Assembly (NCBI GenBank): GCA_964016885.1
Contig: OZ024742.1
Location: 255,192,001-255,256,000, forward strand
Direction: 5' to 3'
Length of the DNA stretch: 64,000 bases
Source: Eledone cirrhosa
Lineage: Eukaryota
Both the position numbers and the translations under genes were made by a program. A model generated the notes under the pieces. The model ran no database searches. It had not been told where the DNA came from and saw only the letters and a list, made by a program, of their open reading frames with translations. Shown piece after piece: positions 37,966 to 52,064 of this stretch. Each line of letters begins with the position of its first letter. Within the stretch, counting starts at the first letter, position 1.

Positions 37966-40900
37966 ATATGTATGTATATCATTGCTTAATGCCCATTTTC
38001 CAAGCTAGCATGCTTTAGATGAGTCGTCCCATTATGAGGAAAGTGAAATTAGGTGATCATGTCTTGCTCATACAGAACTGTTTCTGGCTTGGTTATATAT
38101 GTGTGTGTGTGTGTGTGTGCCTGTGTGTGTGTCCGTGTGCGTTTTCTCACTCTCTACTCCAAATCTCTGGAACTTTCTGGCTAAACTGAATTTAATCTAA
38201 TAATTATGATATGAATCAAGGCTCCTCAAATTCCTGTCTATGGTCTTACTTTCACTTTATTACCTCATTTCATTTTCATTTTATTCTTCTCTTTCTTTAT
38301 TCTTTATGTCTACAGTCCTTTCTCTTCCTTTTCTTTCTTTCATTCTTCTCCTTCTGTCTTTCCTTTCTCCCTCCTAAATATCTTGATATTATTTCTTTCC
38401 CTACCACTATACCTCATTTCTTTTCTTTCCATCTCACTTTTTTACTTTCTTCTTTCTTCCTGTCGATACTAATACAGTCTCACTTTTATGGGAAGAAAAA
38501 CAACTATTTATAAATTACTACCATTGAGAGATGTTCCAGAAATCATACCATTTAATGACCAATTCCATTTGACTTATTGTTCTCTACCAATAATGTATTT
38601 GAGCCAAAGCTGGTCAGTCTATAAAAGCTATTGACCCGGCCACTTTACGACAAGAATGAAATGGAAATGTGATCAAGTAAATCAGAAAAACTTAAGAAAT
38701 TCAATTTCAGGCAAATATTCTTATTCCATTAAGCTTTTCTAAGTCGAAATTGTTAGAATATGTAATTCCATTGTCCTATTAACCTTGTATGTTCTGCAAT
38801 TGACACGATTGCTACACACCTGTAACAAAACCTTTATTTTCTAGTACAAGTGAAAAACACTTTTCTCTTGCTTCCTGACCCCATCGTTTCTCTAACTCAA
38901 CTGGATTGTGTAAACTAGTTAAGTTGATTATCAATGTTAGCTTAGTTTAGTTAACAACCGAAGCAATAATTAAGCTTCCTATGTACTGGATTCAATTATA
39001 TTATACTGTAGTGTATTACATAAATGGTACATTAGCAAGCATAAAGCAATGAGTAACTCCTGTACATTTTAGTAAACTAATCACTAATTTCAATACCGAT
39101 TCCCTTTAGTCACAAACCAATTAACTGGCTAACTAACTGATATATTTTACTTTAACGAAATACAATCACTGATGGCTGAATTAAGATAACCAGCAGCAAA
39201 ACAGAAATTTCCACTTTAGTTAATACAAGCGAAAAGAGGAAAAGGGGATTTAGGAGAGAAAATTGTATTACAATATTGTAAATTTTGATGGAAAGTGTTT
39301 CCGGCTGTTGAAGAATATAATTAATTTGTTTCACTAATGAATAACAGTTGAAGGCATAACATTTTATGATAATTCCTTGTCGTTTTTTTTTTTGTTGTTT
39401 TTACTAAGTAATTACTCATACGTAAGATTTGGATTTTCAAAAGTTTTTTTTTATTTTTATTATTTGCATTGGTTACCTCTGAAGCTTATACCATAGAACT
39501 AAACACACAGACATTTACACAGATGCATACACACATATAGATACACACACACATACAGATACACACACATACAGATACACACACACAGATACGCACACAC
39601 ACACACACATATACACACACACATCCACTCACAGATACATACACACATATACACACACACATCCACACACACACACACACATATGTATATATCGATGGTC
39701 TCTTAACCCTTAAAGGAGTTGTATGGGGAATTATTGTGAAATGTGGCAGAGCTTGTCTTTCTTTATGTTTAAAGACACCAGGTTTATATTAAATGGATAA
39801 TTAGTAAAAGCGAGAGAAAGTGAGAGAGAAAGTATGAGAGAGAGATATCTAAGGTGAGAAGAAATTAGATAGAGAGAGGAAGTGCGAGAGAGTTAGAGTG
39901 AGAGATAGGGAGAAAGTGAGAGAGAGAAAGTTAAGGAGAGATAAAAGAAGTGAAGGAGAGAGAGGGGGGATAAAGGAAGAACCCAACCAATTACTGAACT
40001 GTTTTATTTATCGACCCTAAAAAGGAGAAAGCCAAAGTTGACCTTTGTAGAATTTGAACTCAAAGCACAAAGAGCCAGAAAGATTACTGCAAAGCATTCT
40101 AATTGTAGTTGCAACATGTATCTAAATAGGAAGCTGCAAACAAATATCTACCAAAATAATATGTTGTTCCATATACCTGTAAATTATCACATGTGCATAA
40201 TGGGCTCTCTGTCAGCTTTCATGACCATTCAGTCATTTGGTGAACTGAATGTCTGGACAACTTGTAAATTAAATTCTAAGTGGTTAAAGATTCTAGACAT
40301 ATATAACATTCATTGCAAATACAATCCATCTTGTACTATATCATAAGTGGCTAAGAATTCCAAACACATGTACCCAAAACACACTTCTCAGTGTAACACA
40401 ACATCTGACAAGATCTATGCCTTTCATTTACTGGTACAATCCACCTTCTAATATATTCCAGATACAAGAACCTATAACTTACTTGTCAGCCAGATTCAGT
40501 GTAACACAGTTGTCATTGGCAGATAGCATCAGCAATGGATAGACAAAATGAAAACACGGTTTGCTAGATTAGATCTGAAGATCAGTTTGTTTTTTACTAT
40601 GAACAAACTTTCGTCTTTTCAAAGTGTTAACATAATTAAGATTACGTTAACAATATTTTCATTTTCAATATACATTCATACTGAACAAAAGAAAAATAAA
40701 TGTTTAAAACAAATGAAATACATAATAAATTTGAATGGTATCACAATATAGAACTGCATACACTATCATTAAAACACACAAACAATCTCCTACGAGATAC
40801 AACATTGTAGGAAGCCAACTAAACCTACATAGGTGTGAGCTTAATCTAACTGTAGTAGCTATTCTCACTTAAATCCTAACACACATTCTATCAAAGATCA

Positions 40901-41829
40901 ACACCCACACCTCCCCCACTCTACTCAGGATCACACCCTTCCTCTAAAATTCCGACACATCAGTCTTAATACCTTAGCAGCAGTTATCACCACAGTACCT
41001 ACCAGGTTGTCAGAGGTCACCACTTTCGCCCATCTCATTAACTTCCTCCTCCCTATCAAATCCCAACATCCTACCACACTTGACATATACCCACCAACAC
41101 TACCACCCACAAAACTGTCTGTAGGGTAGAAGAGCTCCTTCATTGAGTCAAAAACTAACATTATCTGTAGTGTTGGTGCCAGGAAAAACACAAACAGTAC
41201 ACTCTGTAAGATGGTTGGTGATTGGAAGAGGATCCCACTGTAGAAACCATGCCAGAAAGAGTGAAGAGGACCTTTTAGTTGTGCTAGGGGCACAACAACC
41301 TCTCTAGTGTTGGTGATCTAGATGGTAAACACAACGAGTACACTCTGCAAAGGGGTTGGTAATATGTATGGCATCCAGCCATAGAAAGTCTCCCCCACCA
41401 AAAAAAAAGAGATTTAGGAGGACTCTTCAGCTGTGTCAAAGACATGACAGCCTCCCTAGTGCTGGTGTCAGTAGAGTTCACGATCATATGTAAGTGATAT
41501 GCAAACCCTAGCCCATCAGAGAGTACTGACCAGTCTGGCAAGGAAAGTGGAAGTTAAAGAATGACAATAATGATAAATAAAAAGATTAGGCCTCCTATGA
41601 TTAAAGCACTTGAGAAACCTCTTACGAGATGTAAACTCTTAGGAGGCCAGCTAAACCTATATAATGTGTGGTGAAAATTGTATTTTCCTTTCAAGAATGA
41701 GATCTCAATAAAACTAAGTTAAGTTAAGCCTGGCTAGTTTTCAAATTGGTTTATTTATTGTTTTGAATAAGAGACCCCTCAAATAAGTTATATAATGTAT
41801 ATATGTATGTATATACATATGCATACAGT

Positions 41830-41904
<75 letters not shown>

Positions 41905-42051
41905 CATCATTATCATTATAACATCCACTTTCCATCCTAGCAAGTGTTGGATGGATCTATATAGACCAAGTCAGTACTGAAGCAGAGCCGCTGATCTCCC
42001 AGGCAAGCTAAAGGATCTATGTGCTCGGGCGAGAAATAACATTCATATATA

Positions 42052-42084
<33 letters not shown>

Positions 42085-42244
42085 TTATTTATGTATATAT
42101 ATATATGTGTGTGTCCATTTGTGTGTGTGTGTGTGTGTGCATCTGTGTGTATGTGAGTGCGCATATATACCGACACACACATATATATATGTGTGTGTGA
42201 GCACTGTACACAATAATTTCATTGTTATTATTAGATAAGAAGAT

Positions 42245-42433
42245 CGGTGGATTGGCAGTATCGGTAGAGGGTCAGACGCCATGCTTTGTAGCACAGTTAC
42301 GTCCCTTTATGGACTGAGTTCAAATCCCGCCGACATTACTTTGCCTTTCATCCTTATAGGGTCGATAAAATAAAGTACCAGTAATACACTGGAATAATTG
42401 CTGGCCTTGTGCCAAAAAGTAGAAACAATTATT
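42245..42433 (+). mobile_element. Family A SINE
   Basis: Full-length homology to 19-211. Confidence 0.88.
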
Positions 42434-43394
42434 ATACAAGAAGATAAATAAAATTTCGTTTGTGTAGGTCAAATCAAGTATGTTTTTGTATGTATGCATT
42501 GATTCTAGCTGTCTGAAGTATAATACATTTTGATTTCTATTAATTCCCTATGGAATTGTTTGACCAACTGCTTTGCTTTATTGTTTTACTTGTTTTTTTT
42601 ATGTTTATTCTTTCTCTAGGATTTCTTATAATTTTTTTGAAAGCAAAATTTTTGCATTGGCCCCTAAAATACTACCGTGGGCCTCAGAGGGGGCATTTGT
42701 GATCTGGCAAGCTGACTACCTGACCAGTCTGCAGTTGCATATATTTAACGTCCCCTTTCCCAACTAGCAAGGGTTGGATGGGTCTTCACAGACTGAGTTA
42801 ATACTGAAGCAGGGCTACTGATCTCCCATACAGGCTGGGGTGTCTGAATCTCACTTACATACAGTCCCACATTCTACCGAGTGCACAAAAAAGGTTGATA
42901 GTCATTGTCCCCATGAAAGTGCCATCTTGCCTTTCTAGGATTTGGGTGAGATGATAGAAGAAGAGAGATAATTACAAAGTTATGAATGTATGGCAAGTGT
43001 GGTGTGATTCGACTGCGAGATGAGTGAGAAAGTGGAAGGGTTGAGTTTTGATAGCATAGGGGAGAGTGGATGTGGTGGTGAGAATACATAAATGGAGATA
43101 TTGGTGGAGTTGTGCATGGTGTGCTCAATAACACGGTGTGGAAGAGATGACAATCACCAATGCCAGAAAAGGGGGCGTAATGATGGAGAGAATAGCTAAG
43201 GAGTAATAATGGAGAGAGTATGGAATGGGTGCATAGGTTGTGATAGTGAGAGTATCTAAGGGCTTTAGAGAGTGCAATAGCTAAGGAGTGATACTGTGGG
43301 GTGCATAGAAGGGTGGCAGGGTTTGTAGTGATGGTGAAGATCACTGCTAGGGAATGCTAGTGGAAGCTGGGACACAGGGATCACTGAGGTCACA

Positions 43395-45250
43395 TTGTAT
43401 GCTGTAGGCTGGGTTTTCAACAGTACAGTATAGCGCCAGCCCTCAAGGTCCTTTATCATCTCTGATGTGAGGTTTAGTTTCTTAGTGTGGTCTTTACAAT
43501 GTCATAAGTCTTCTTGGGTCTACCTTTCTCATAGGTCCCAATCATAAAATTTCTCTACAATTCTTTATGTATTGCATGTCCAAGCTAATTCAGTTTTGTT
43601 GTACACTACATCCAATTCCACTTATGCCAGGTTTTTCTCTCAGTTCACTTTTACTACATCGTTCATACCCCCTAACATTATGCAGCCATCAAAGCACACA
43701 CATTTCATTTCTTTTTATCCCTTACAGGTCATTTCACTGTCATGTGAAATTGCAGTTTGCACACAGACATCATACAGTCTACCTTCACTGAGAGAGAAGC
43801 CTTTTATTGTTAGCAGAGGTACGAGTTCACTAAACTTCTTCTTGCCTTTTTCGTATACTAGTTATCACACTAGCATTCTTCCACACTGTTGATTTGGTCA
43901 CCTCGGTAATAAAAGCTATCATTATCTTCAAAGGAGCCTCCCTAACAATTGAAGGAATGTATTTCATCTTCATTCCTGGTGTTTTCTTCTTCTGTGCAAC
44001 TGCTATATACAAAGTGTATCTCCTCTGTTCAGCATCAAACAGAGCAAGTGCCCCACTATCATTTCAGATACACTTTTCCCCAACCACATCACATTGTCTT
44101 GCAATCTGCAATCCTTCATACCTCTGATCCTCATGACACAAAACGTGTGAACTTCTTTACTTACTTTTCCCTCACTAGATATACTTGGTGTCTGGCCTCT
44201 CTTCTAGCTATTTGGAATTGATTTTGGTCTTCACCATTCCTCCAGTCTCTCTAGGTTTTTTTTCTGTTTTAATGGCTTCTTCTATCTTATAATTCCACCA
44301 CCACGTGACCTTCCATGGACCTTACACCAGCTGCAAACCTTGGTCATGGTATCCAGCAGCTTATCCCATAGAAATTTCCAATTTTTCACTATTCTATGTT
44401 TCTAACTTCTCTTTCTTACTGTCATAGAGATCAAGGATTTCTCTAAATGTGTTACTTACAGAGAATTCTCTAAGCTTTCTTGTCTAGACTGATTTTCTTC
44501 TCTTGATCCACCTAGCCCTTACTCTAAGGTCATTGAAAACTAAGTTTTGTTGGGAGGTACATCCTGTCCAGGAAAGGACTTGGCAATAACAACAATTTTC
44601 CTATCTTCATTTCCTTTTGAGAATAAAGTTTATTTGGCTCATATGCCCTCCTGATTAGTAAGTGATCAGGTGGCTGACTTGTTTCCTAAAATGTGTGTTG
44701 CAAATGGTTAGTTTGAGAGCAGCACAGAACTCCAGAAATCTAGACTCTGCCTCATTACTTATACAGTAACTGTAGCCTCTATGTATGCCAGGGAATCGAT
44801 CATGGTGTTTCTCAAAATGTCCATTGAAATAGCCAGCTGTGATAATGAGATTTCCATCAGTTGTCATTGAAGTAATCTGCAAGAGGATCTTACAGAAGTG
44901 TTCTGTCAGCATGTCTGCATGTCCTGCTAGTGAAACATATACAGATAGTATAGTGGCTGTTGTATTGCCCATGGCTAGTCTACATGGTCCACCCATTTCT
45001 CAGCTATGAGTATAGCTATTCCACTCGCCCCATTATTGCTACTCACCCAGAAGAATTTGTACTATTGTTCCTTGTCTGTGATGTATCTGTCTGAAGCACC
45101 CCACCACCTTACGTCTTACACACAGAACTCATTTACTTGTCCTTGCTCTAGCATCTCCACAATCTCACCACATTTATTTTTCATAGCCCCAACATTTTTA
45201 GTGGCAATTCTGAGGATCTGTGCACAATGGGAAGGGGTTACATGAGTGTC
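43395..45250 (-). mobile_element. RTE-clade LINE, degenerate, RT largely deleted
   Basis: APE motifs ILSVY, AG(Y)FNGH, FLEFC..L.ICNTHFRK..HLITY; TWWWN; 3' RPKKT. Confidence 0.75.
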
Positions 45251-46647
45251 TTGCGCTTTTCCCAGGATTGAGGGGTATGAGAACCAGATGACCGTTTGGT
45301 GATAATTGGGGGATTCACATGAATGTTAGGTTCTGTTCTTTCATGTATTGTTTTATATTATCTTGTCACTCAGATGTTTGTATTTACAACAAGTACCAGT
45401 GCCAGCTGAAGCCACAATCAGTCACTAGGTTCTTTGCAACCTACATAAACCACCCATGTATCGCTGATGTCACCAATACAGTATTTACTATAGTGAAAAA
45501 GAAGAGGGGCATGTTTCTGTATAGGAAGACATGATCACCTGATCTGAATTTTCTCACAATATGGCAACCCATCTAATCCATGCTATCATAGAAAGTGGAT
45601 GTTGAATGGTAATGATGGTGGTATGTATGTATACAGGAGTTCAATCCATAACTTCTATGTAACAGGTTGATACGCAGTAAAAAGCTAAATATATGTAAAA
45701 ACAATTTCATCATTTTAATTAAAATCATCATCATCATCATCTTTTAACGTCCATTTTTCCATGCTTGCATCGATTAGGCAGGTCATCCAAGTTATGATAC
45801 AAGTCTGGTCAGTTGGCTGTGCCATACCTTGCTCAAATGGAACTGTATTTTGGCTGGGATTTTTACAGCTGGATACCCTTCCTAACACCAACCACATCTA
45901 CAATATATATTGTGTATATATATATATACACACATATTTATGAGGGGTGAGTGAGTATTAGTAGTGTAAGCTCGCCGTGTGTATACAGGGATCAACTACG
46001 CATGCACACAGAGGTCATTGTGTGGGTGTGCATGTGTGCATGTGTGCGTGTGTTCATGTGCAGCCACATGTGTTTGTGTTCCCATGTGCATGTGTATGTG
46101 GGTGGGCATGTTGGTGGAACTGTTCTTATGTTGTTGGGGGTGGTACACATGTGGATGCATAAGCAAACACATGTAGTCATAGCTGGCTTTGTGTGTATAG
46201 AGTCAACCACGTGCAATCATGGTGGTCAATGCCTGTGCATGCATGTGCACATGTGCATGCATGTATACATGTGCATGCATGTATACTTACATATGCACAG
46301 GTGTAAGTGGTGGGGTGAGATAGCAGTGCCGCTTGGTGTTAGTTGCAATAGGTGGAAAAGGTTTAAGTAGTTTGGGTGCGGTGGTGGGAGGGCCAGTAAG
46401 AATTGGAAGTGCTTATGTGCAATTACAGAGGAGTGCTAGTGTATCCATGTGCTTGTGTATTTGAGTGAGTGTATGCGAGTATATATCATCATCATGATCA
46501 TCGTTTAACACCTATTTCTCCATGCTAGCATGTGTTAGATAGGTTGTCTCGTTTGAGGCAAGTTGGGTCAGGTGACCATGTCTTGATCACACAGAACTGT
46601 TTCTGGCTTTGTTTCTGTGGCTGGAGGCCCTTCTTAAAGGCAAAAAC

Positions 46648-46710
<63 letters not shown>

Positions 46711-46782
46711 TAGCGAAACAAACGGTTATTAAACAATTTTCTAAATAAATTAAAAAATGATTAAATAATCACCTGTTCAGAT

Positions 46783-46863
46783 GCTGTTACCGACGGTTTC
46801 ATCATTCCGAAAGATTGGAAATCCAACGAATTTCCAATGGAAAGAAATGAATCTTCAGACAGC
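46783..46863 (-). ncRNA. Type I hammerhead ribozyme with long branched stem II
   Basis: GCUGU-CUGAAGA-[UUCAUUUC..hairpin..GGAAUGAU]-GAAA-CCGUCGG-UA-ACAGC; stem I GCUGU/ACAGC intact. Confidence 0.7.
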
Positions 46864-47271
46864 CCTATTTCCACGCTATAAGGTATAGCAAGTAAATATT
46901 ATGCTCCCTGCCCAACGCATGCGGTCAAGCCGTTAAAGTGACACACACGCAAATCAGGTCGCTGATAAAATCTGGATATTATAAACATGTCGAATTGCCA
47001 CTAAAATTAGCAGCATTATTCAACGTTTTGTTCTCTACGTAAGGAGAATATATTATAGAAGTGGATGGATACTTCAACAGGTACAATGTACTTGGAGAAA
47101 TATTCAAGTTGTTTATAATACATGTGGTTCAATGGCACTAATTCTAGATACCAGAACAATATAAAAGTAGCGAAACAAACGGTTATTAAACAATTTTCTA
47201 AATAAATTTAAAAATGATTAAATAATCACCTGTTCAGATGCTGTTACCGACGGTTTCCGCGTGGAAATAGG

Positions 47272-47352
47272 GCTGTCTGAAGATTCATTTCTTTCCATTG
47301 GAAATTTATTGGATTTCCAATCTTTCGGAATGATGAAACCGTCGGTAAAAGC
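47272..47352 (+). ncRNA. Hammerhead ribozyme, mirror copy (one stem I mismatch)
   Basis: GCTGT CTGAAGA ... GAAA CCGTCGG TA AAAGC. Confidence 0.62.
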
Positions 47353-47533
47353 ATCTGAACAGGTGATTATTTAATCATTTTTTAATTTATTTAGAAAATT
47401 GTTTAATAACCGTTTGTTTCGCTACTTTTATATTGTTCTGGTATCTCGAATTAGTGCCATTGAACCACATGTATTATAAACAACTTGAATATTTCTACAA
47501 GTACATTGTACCTGTTGAAGTATCCATCCACTT

Positions 47534-47576
<43 letters not shown>

Positions 47577-47624
47577 GACGTAAAATAAGAAGATTATAAA
47601 AATTAACTTACTTACTAAAATTTC

Positions 47625-47710
47625 ACTCCAACTAATTAGTTTCTGAAAGGGAAGAATAAACATGGTTTCCGAATGGAACACATGGAGAAGGCCTTTCGTC
47701 ATCAGGAAGT
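47625..47710 (-). ncRNA. Hammerhead ribozyme, mirror of 48384-48466
   Basis: ACUUC-CUGAUGA-CGAAAGG..CCUUUCA-GAAA-CUAAUUAG-UU-GGAGU. Confidence 0.65.
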
Positions 47711-48383
47711 CTGTTCTCAGCTAAGTTCCCAGGCAATGCGTGGACACAGGGAACTTATACAAAAATAATTCAGTGGATGGAAAAAAGCAAGCGTGGACTA
47801 AATTCGAAGACATTGAAAAATTCACTACCTACTTGGTCGGTGGCAAATTCAAAAGAATCAATCACGTGACATCGAGGTTAATCAGTGAGGAGTGGGGTGT
47901 TAAGAAGACAGTAGCCGAACTATTATTATGAACTATAGTAGCATTTTTGGCTAGTTAATTTTTATAATTTTCTCATTTTACGTCTTTCATATAATTGTTC
48001 TGCATCCCCTTGCATTGAACCACAAAGTTACTAAGACAAAACCTATATATTTGCTAGCATAGGTATGCATCTGTATATATATGTTGGTAGATATACTAAT
48101 TCTTTATAATTATTTCCAAATTATTTTGTTGAGCAAAAATTTGCCAAAACTGCTACTATAGTTCATAGTAATAGTTCGGCTACTGTCTTCTTAACACGCC
48201 ACTTCTCACTGATTAACCTCGATGTCACGTGATTGATTCTTTTGAATTTGCCACCGACCAAGTAGGCAGTGATTTTTTCAATGTCTTGGAATTTAGTCCA
48301 CGCTTGCTTTTTTCCATTCACTGAATTATTTTTGTATAAGTTCCCTGTGTCCACGCATTGCCTGGGAACTTAGCTGAGAATAG

Positions 48384-48466
48384 ACTCCCTGATGACGAAA
48401 GGCCTTCTCCATGTGTTCCATTCGGAAACCATGTTTATTCCCTTTCAGAAACTAATTAGTTGGAGT
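48384..48466 (+). ncRNA. Type I hammerhead ribozyme with palindromic stem III
   Basis: ACTCC CTGATGA C-GAAAGG..CCTTTC-A GAAA CTAATTAG TT GGAGT; stem I ACUCC/GGAGU; ACUAAUUAGU is a perfect palindrome. Confidence 0.72.
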
Positions 48467-48612
48467 GAAATTTTAGTAAGTTAATTTTTATAATTTTCTT
48501 ATTTTACGTCTTTCATATTATTGTTCTATATCCCCTTGCATTGAACCTCAAAGTTGCTAAGACGATACCTATATATTTGCTAGCATAGGTATGCATCTGT
48601 ATAGATATACTA

Positions 48613-48728
<116 letters not shown>

Positions 48729-49588
48729 TTATTTATTTATTTTGCGAGGTTTTTGATATGAAATTGTGTGTCGAAACAAATATTGTTATACTTAGGGAGG
48801 GTCATATTGCTGTAATAATATTCATATTTCTCTTAAGTCGCGTAGGCAAATCAGAGAGGCAAGCGAAATAGAGCTTAGAAAGACAAAGCTAAACAGAAAA
48901 AATGAATGGAATAATAACAACACCCAAACAAACACTACTGACTTAAGAGAAATAAAAAGAAATAAATAAATATATACATAAGCACAATAAAAACAAACAC
49001 ATATAAACACACACTAGTAAACTAAGATAGAATACAAGAACCAAAACACAGTCACCCAAACGCGAACACACACACCAAACACTATACACACATGCAAACG
49101 CATGCACAGTGAAGAAGACAAAAATAAATAAATAAATAAATAAAATAAAAATGGCGTAGACATACAATACAACAGGAGGAACATAATAGTACCACTGATG
49201 ATGTTGCAGATGTGCAACGAAAGAATTTTGTTAGACTATATATATGTATTTATGACCATTTGTCAGTCAATGATAAACATTGAGAATCATATATATATAT
49301 ATGTATGTTTATATATGTGTATATATGTATAAGTATGTCTGTATGTATATATGTTATTTATATTGTTTAAAGAATTCTGAAGAAATCAGCACAAAGAAGA
49401 ATGAATGACAGAACATCTTGCTGTATTGATAGAAACGTTTGTAAATCAATTATATAATTTAATGTAATTTAATCTTGGTTATTTTATTCATGTATATATA
49501 TATTTATATATATATATATATATATATTAGAAAGTGAGGTTTTTTTTACAAATTGAAAAATAACCGAGGTGTCCTACACGAGTGAAAA

Positions 49589-49881
49589 TATAAAGAAAAA
49601 GAGAAGAAATCGAAAATGTAACTGGAGTCTTATTTTCTTTTTAAATATATATATTTATTTGGTTCCTTTACCGGTTTCGCAGTTCTTCTGCTTTTCAAAA
49701 GGTGAGTTGAGATGGAGGGTCTGTGGTTTTTCTCACATCTGTGAGAAAAACCACAGACCCTCCATCTCAACTCACCTTTTGAAAAGCAGAAGAACTGCGA
49801 AACCGGTAAAGGAACCAAATAAATATATATATTTTAAAAAAAAATAAGACTCCAGTTGCATTTTCGATTTCATCTCTCTTT

Positions 49882-49888
<7 letters not shown>
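49589..49888. repeat. Near-perfect 300-bp palindrome (2-nt loop at 49738-49739)
   Basis: Arms are reverse complements (positions sum to 99477); followed by (TA)n. Confidence 0.95.
49775..49812 (+). ncRNA. Minimal hammerhead, U3:A8 variant (mirror on - strand at 49665-49702)
   Basis: CCTT TTGAAAA GCAG aagaa CTGC GAAA CCGG TA AAGG. Confidence 0.68.
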
Positions 49889-49934
<46 letters not shown>

Positions 49935-50590
49935 GGAAAATGTTAACAGGAACAAAACAGAGAGGCAGTACAACGAATGTTTATTAATTTCACGCTCTTG
50001 AGAGTGGGGTGGTGGTGGGGAACGACGTTTCGGGCATAAGCCCTTCTTCAGGTGAAAAGTCTGTGGGAAGAGAGTTCAAAGGGTGTGTAGGGGAGTGGTG
50101 GAGAGACATATAGCAAAAAGGGGGTGGGAGAAAACGGTGGGAATGAAAATTAAAATTAAAATAAAAATAAAAATAAAAGCATGATCAAAATAAAATTAAA
50201 CTGGGGTAAAACAGGTGGTGGAAGCGTGTGGGGAGTGTAGGGGTGGTGGCGGGTGGAGTGGGGAGAGGGAGACGGGGTGTCCGAGCGGGGAGGGCTGAAG
50301 GTGGTGTGTGTGTGTAGGTGTACGTGTGTGTGTGTGTGTGTGTATGTGAAAGCAAGGGTTGGGGGAAGAACGGGGTTGCGTGTTCAGGAAGAGGTGTGTG
50401 TGAGGTGGGGTGTAGGTCGGAGTGTGTGTGCGTGTGTGGATAGAGGGGTGGGGGAGAGGAATCCGGAGGCTGAATGTGTAAATATGTGGTGGTACGCACG
50501 TGTGTGTGTGTGGTGTTTAAGCGTGTTGTGGGTGTAGGTGGCGTGTGGGAAAAAAAATTTTTTGGGGCGTGTGTGTGGGTGAGTCGTAAA
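49935..50590 (-). mobile_element. Penelope-like element 3' end / pseudo-LTR fragment
   Basis: Hammerhead at 50022-50053, downstream AATAAA on the minus strand, C/A-rich upstream tract, abuts (TA)n. Confidence 0.5.
50022..50053 (-). ncRNA. Minimal Penelope-type hammerhead
   Basis: AC-CUGAAGA-A-GGGC uuau GCCC-GAAA-CG-UC-GU; ACGU palindromic stem III; stem I only ~2 bp. Confidence 0.65.
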
Positions 50591-50611
50591 GGTGATTATA
50601 TATATATATAT

Positions 50612-51180
50612 ATCATAATCATCATCATCATCACCGTTTTACGTCTGTTCTTCCATGCTAGCATGGGTTAGACGGGTTGTCCTGTTGTGGGCAGTGTCTG
50701 GTCGGCTGACCATGCCATGCTCATACAGGAACTGATTTTGGCTTGATTTCTACAGCTGGATGCCCTTCCTAACACCAACCTCATTTACAGTGAGTGCTGG
50801 GTGCTTTTTCCGTGGCGCCTACACGTCCACTTTACAGAGTGGGCTGGGTGCTTTTTTGCCGTGGCACCTCCACGACCACCTTGCAGTGGGAGGGTGTGGG
50901 GGCATATTGTCTATATGCTTCAGCTTGTACCTATGGGAGGTCGGGTACTCTGTATTACTGCGTGACGCCAGAGGTCACGGTCGTGTGTCATCGCCTTTGA
51001 GAGGTGTAATTGGGTAAGGTCGGCTTTTATCACCTCATCCCAGGTCTTCTTGGGTCTCCCCACTCTGCGGTTTCCATTGACTTCTAGTGCTCTGCACCTT
51101 TTTATGCAGCTGTCATCCTTCATACGCAACCACCTCTCCTGCACACAGCATTTAATTCCTCTTATGCTCAGTCTCTCTCT
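50612..51180 (-). mobile_element. RTE 3' fragment joined to a family-B-type tail
   Basis: GRPKKTWDEV at 50930-51180; tail homologous to 36920-37198. Confidence 0.75.
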
Positions 51181-51225
<45 letters not shown>

Positions 51226-52064
51226 CTATATTGAAATATTCCATCCTGTGAAGTAAAGACACTTAATTTTACGTTGTCGATTACGTTTGTAGGATATATA
51301 TATCTCTTCTTACAAGTTGATAGCAACAAATCTGTTAAGAATTATTTGTATCACCTCTTGGGTTTTTACTTTTACAGCAATTTCCGATGATGAGCTTCCA
51401 TTCGATAATCAATAGGGAGATATTTATTGTTTGGTGTAGTGGTTATTCTTGTTGTTGTTGTTGTTGTTGTGTTAGCTTAATTTGTAACCGGAATAATGTC
51501 TTAGGTGTGTTTTGCAATGAGTTTGGGAAAAGAAGTTTTATTGTCTACTAAACACGTCAGCATGGAATATATCCTACACTGTCCGCTGGTCAGAGAATTG
51601 ACTGCAAATAACAATAAAATGCAGTTTGTATCTTGTTCAGAAGATGATGTTTTAAAGTAGATAAATAAATAAGTTTCGTGCCAACAGGTAAAGAAAAAGT
51701 GAAGAATATATATTATAAAAGTCTCCTTTTAAAAATAAAAAAACATACCTTTAAAACAAAAGGAAAACACTACGAAAATTAATTACAAGTATCCTGTACT
51801 TTGTATGTTCTGCAACATATATTATCAAATCTATTGTTCCTATGGGACCTCATGGAAACAAGCTATAAGTAGATTATTATTATTGTCTGTGTTTTATTTT
51901 ATTTCTAGCTCTACCCTCCTACTCAAATATTTGGAGAAAATAGAAAAAGTTAATTCTTTGTTTATATAAGTTTCTATTTAGGACACACCTTTACTTGATG
52001 AGATAGTTGAACATAATATTTGGTCAATGTATTGAAAACTGAGAAATTCTTAGCTTGTTTAGTT

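Larger units (their letters stand above)
46703..47545. mobile_element. Penelope-type pseudo-LTR structure: partial tandem (period ~457 bp) plus inverted copy
   Basis: 46703-46800 repeats at 47160-47257; 47259-47432 inverts 46703-46876 and 47335-47545 inverts ~47047-47257; (TA)n on both sides; hammerheads in both orientations. Confidence 0.75.

Noticed and set aside
38200-41100. Host gene exons in the less repetitive stretches
   Set aside because: No ORF with a recognisable domain or a supportable splice pattern; small exons cannot be excluded without transcripts
47740-48354. Twin 63-aa ORFs (MDTGNLYK...) on opposite strands
   Set aside because: A by-product of the inverted repeat; GTG starts and no recognisable domain
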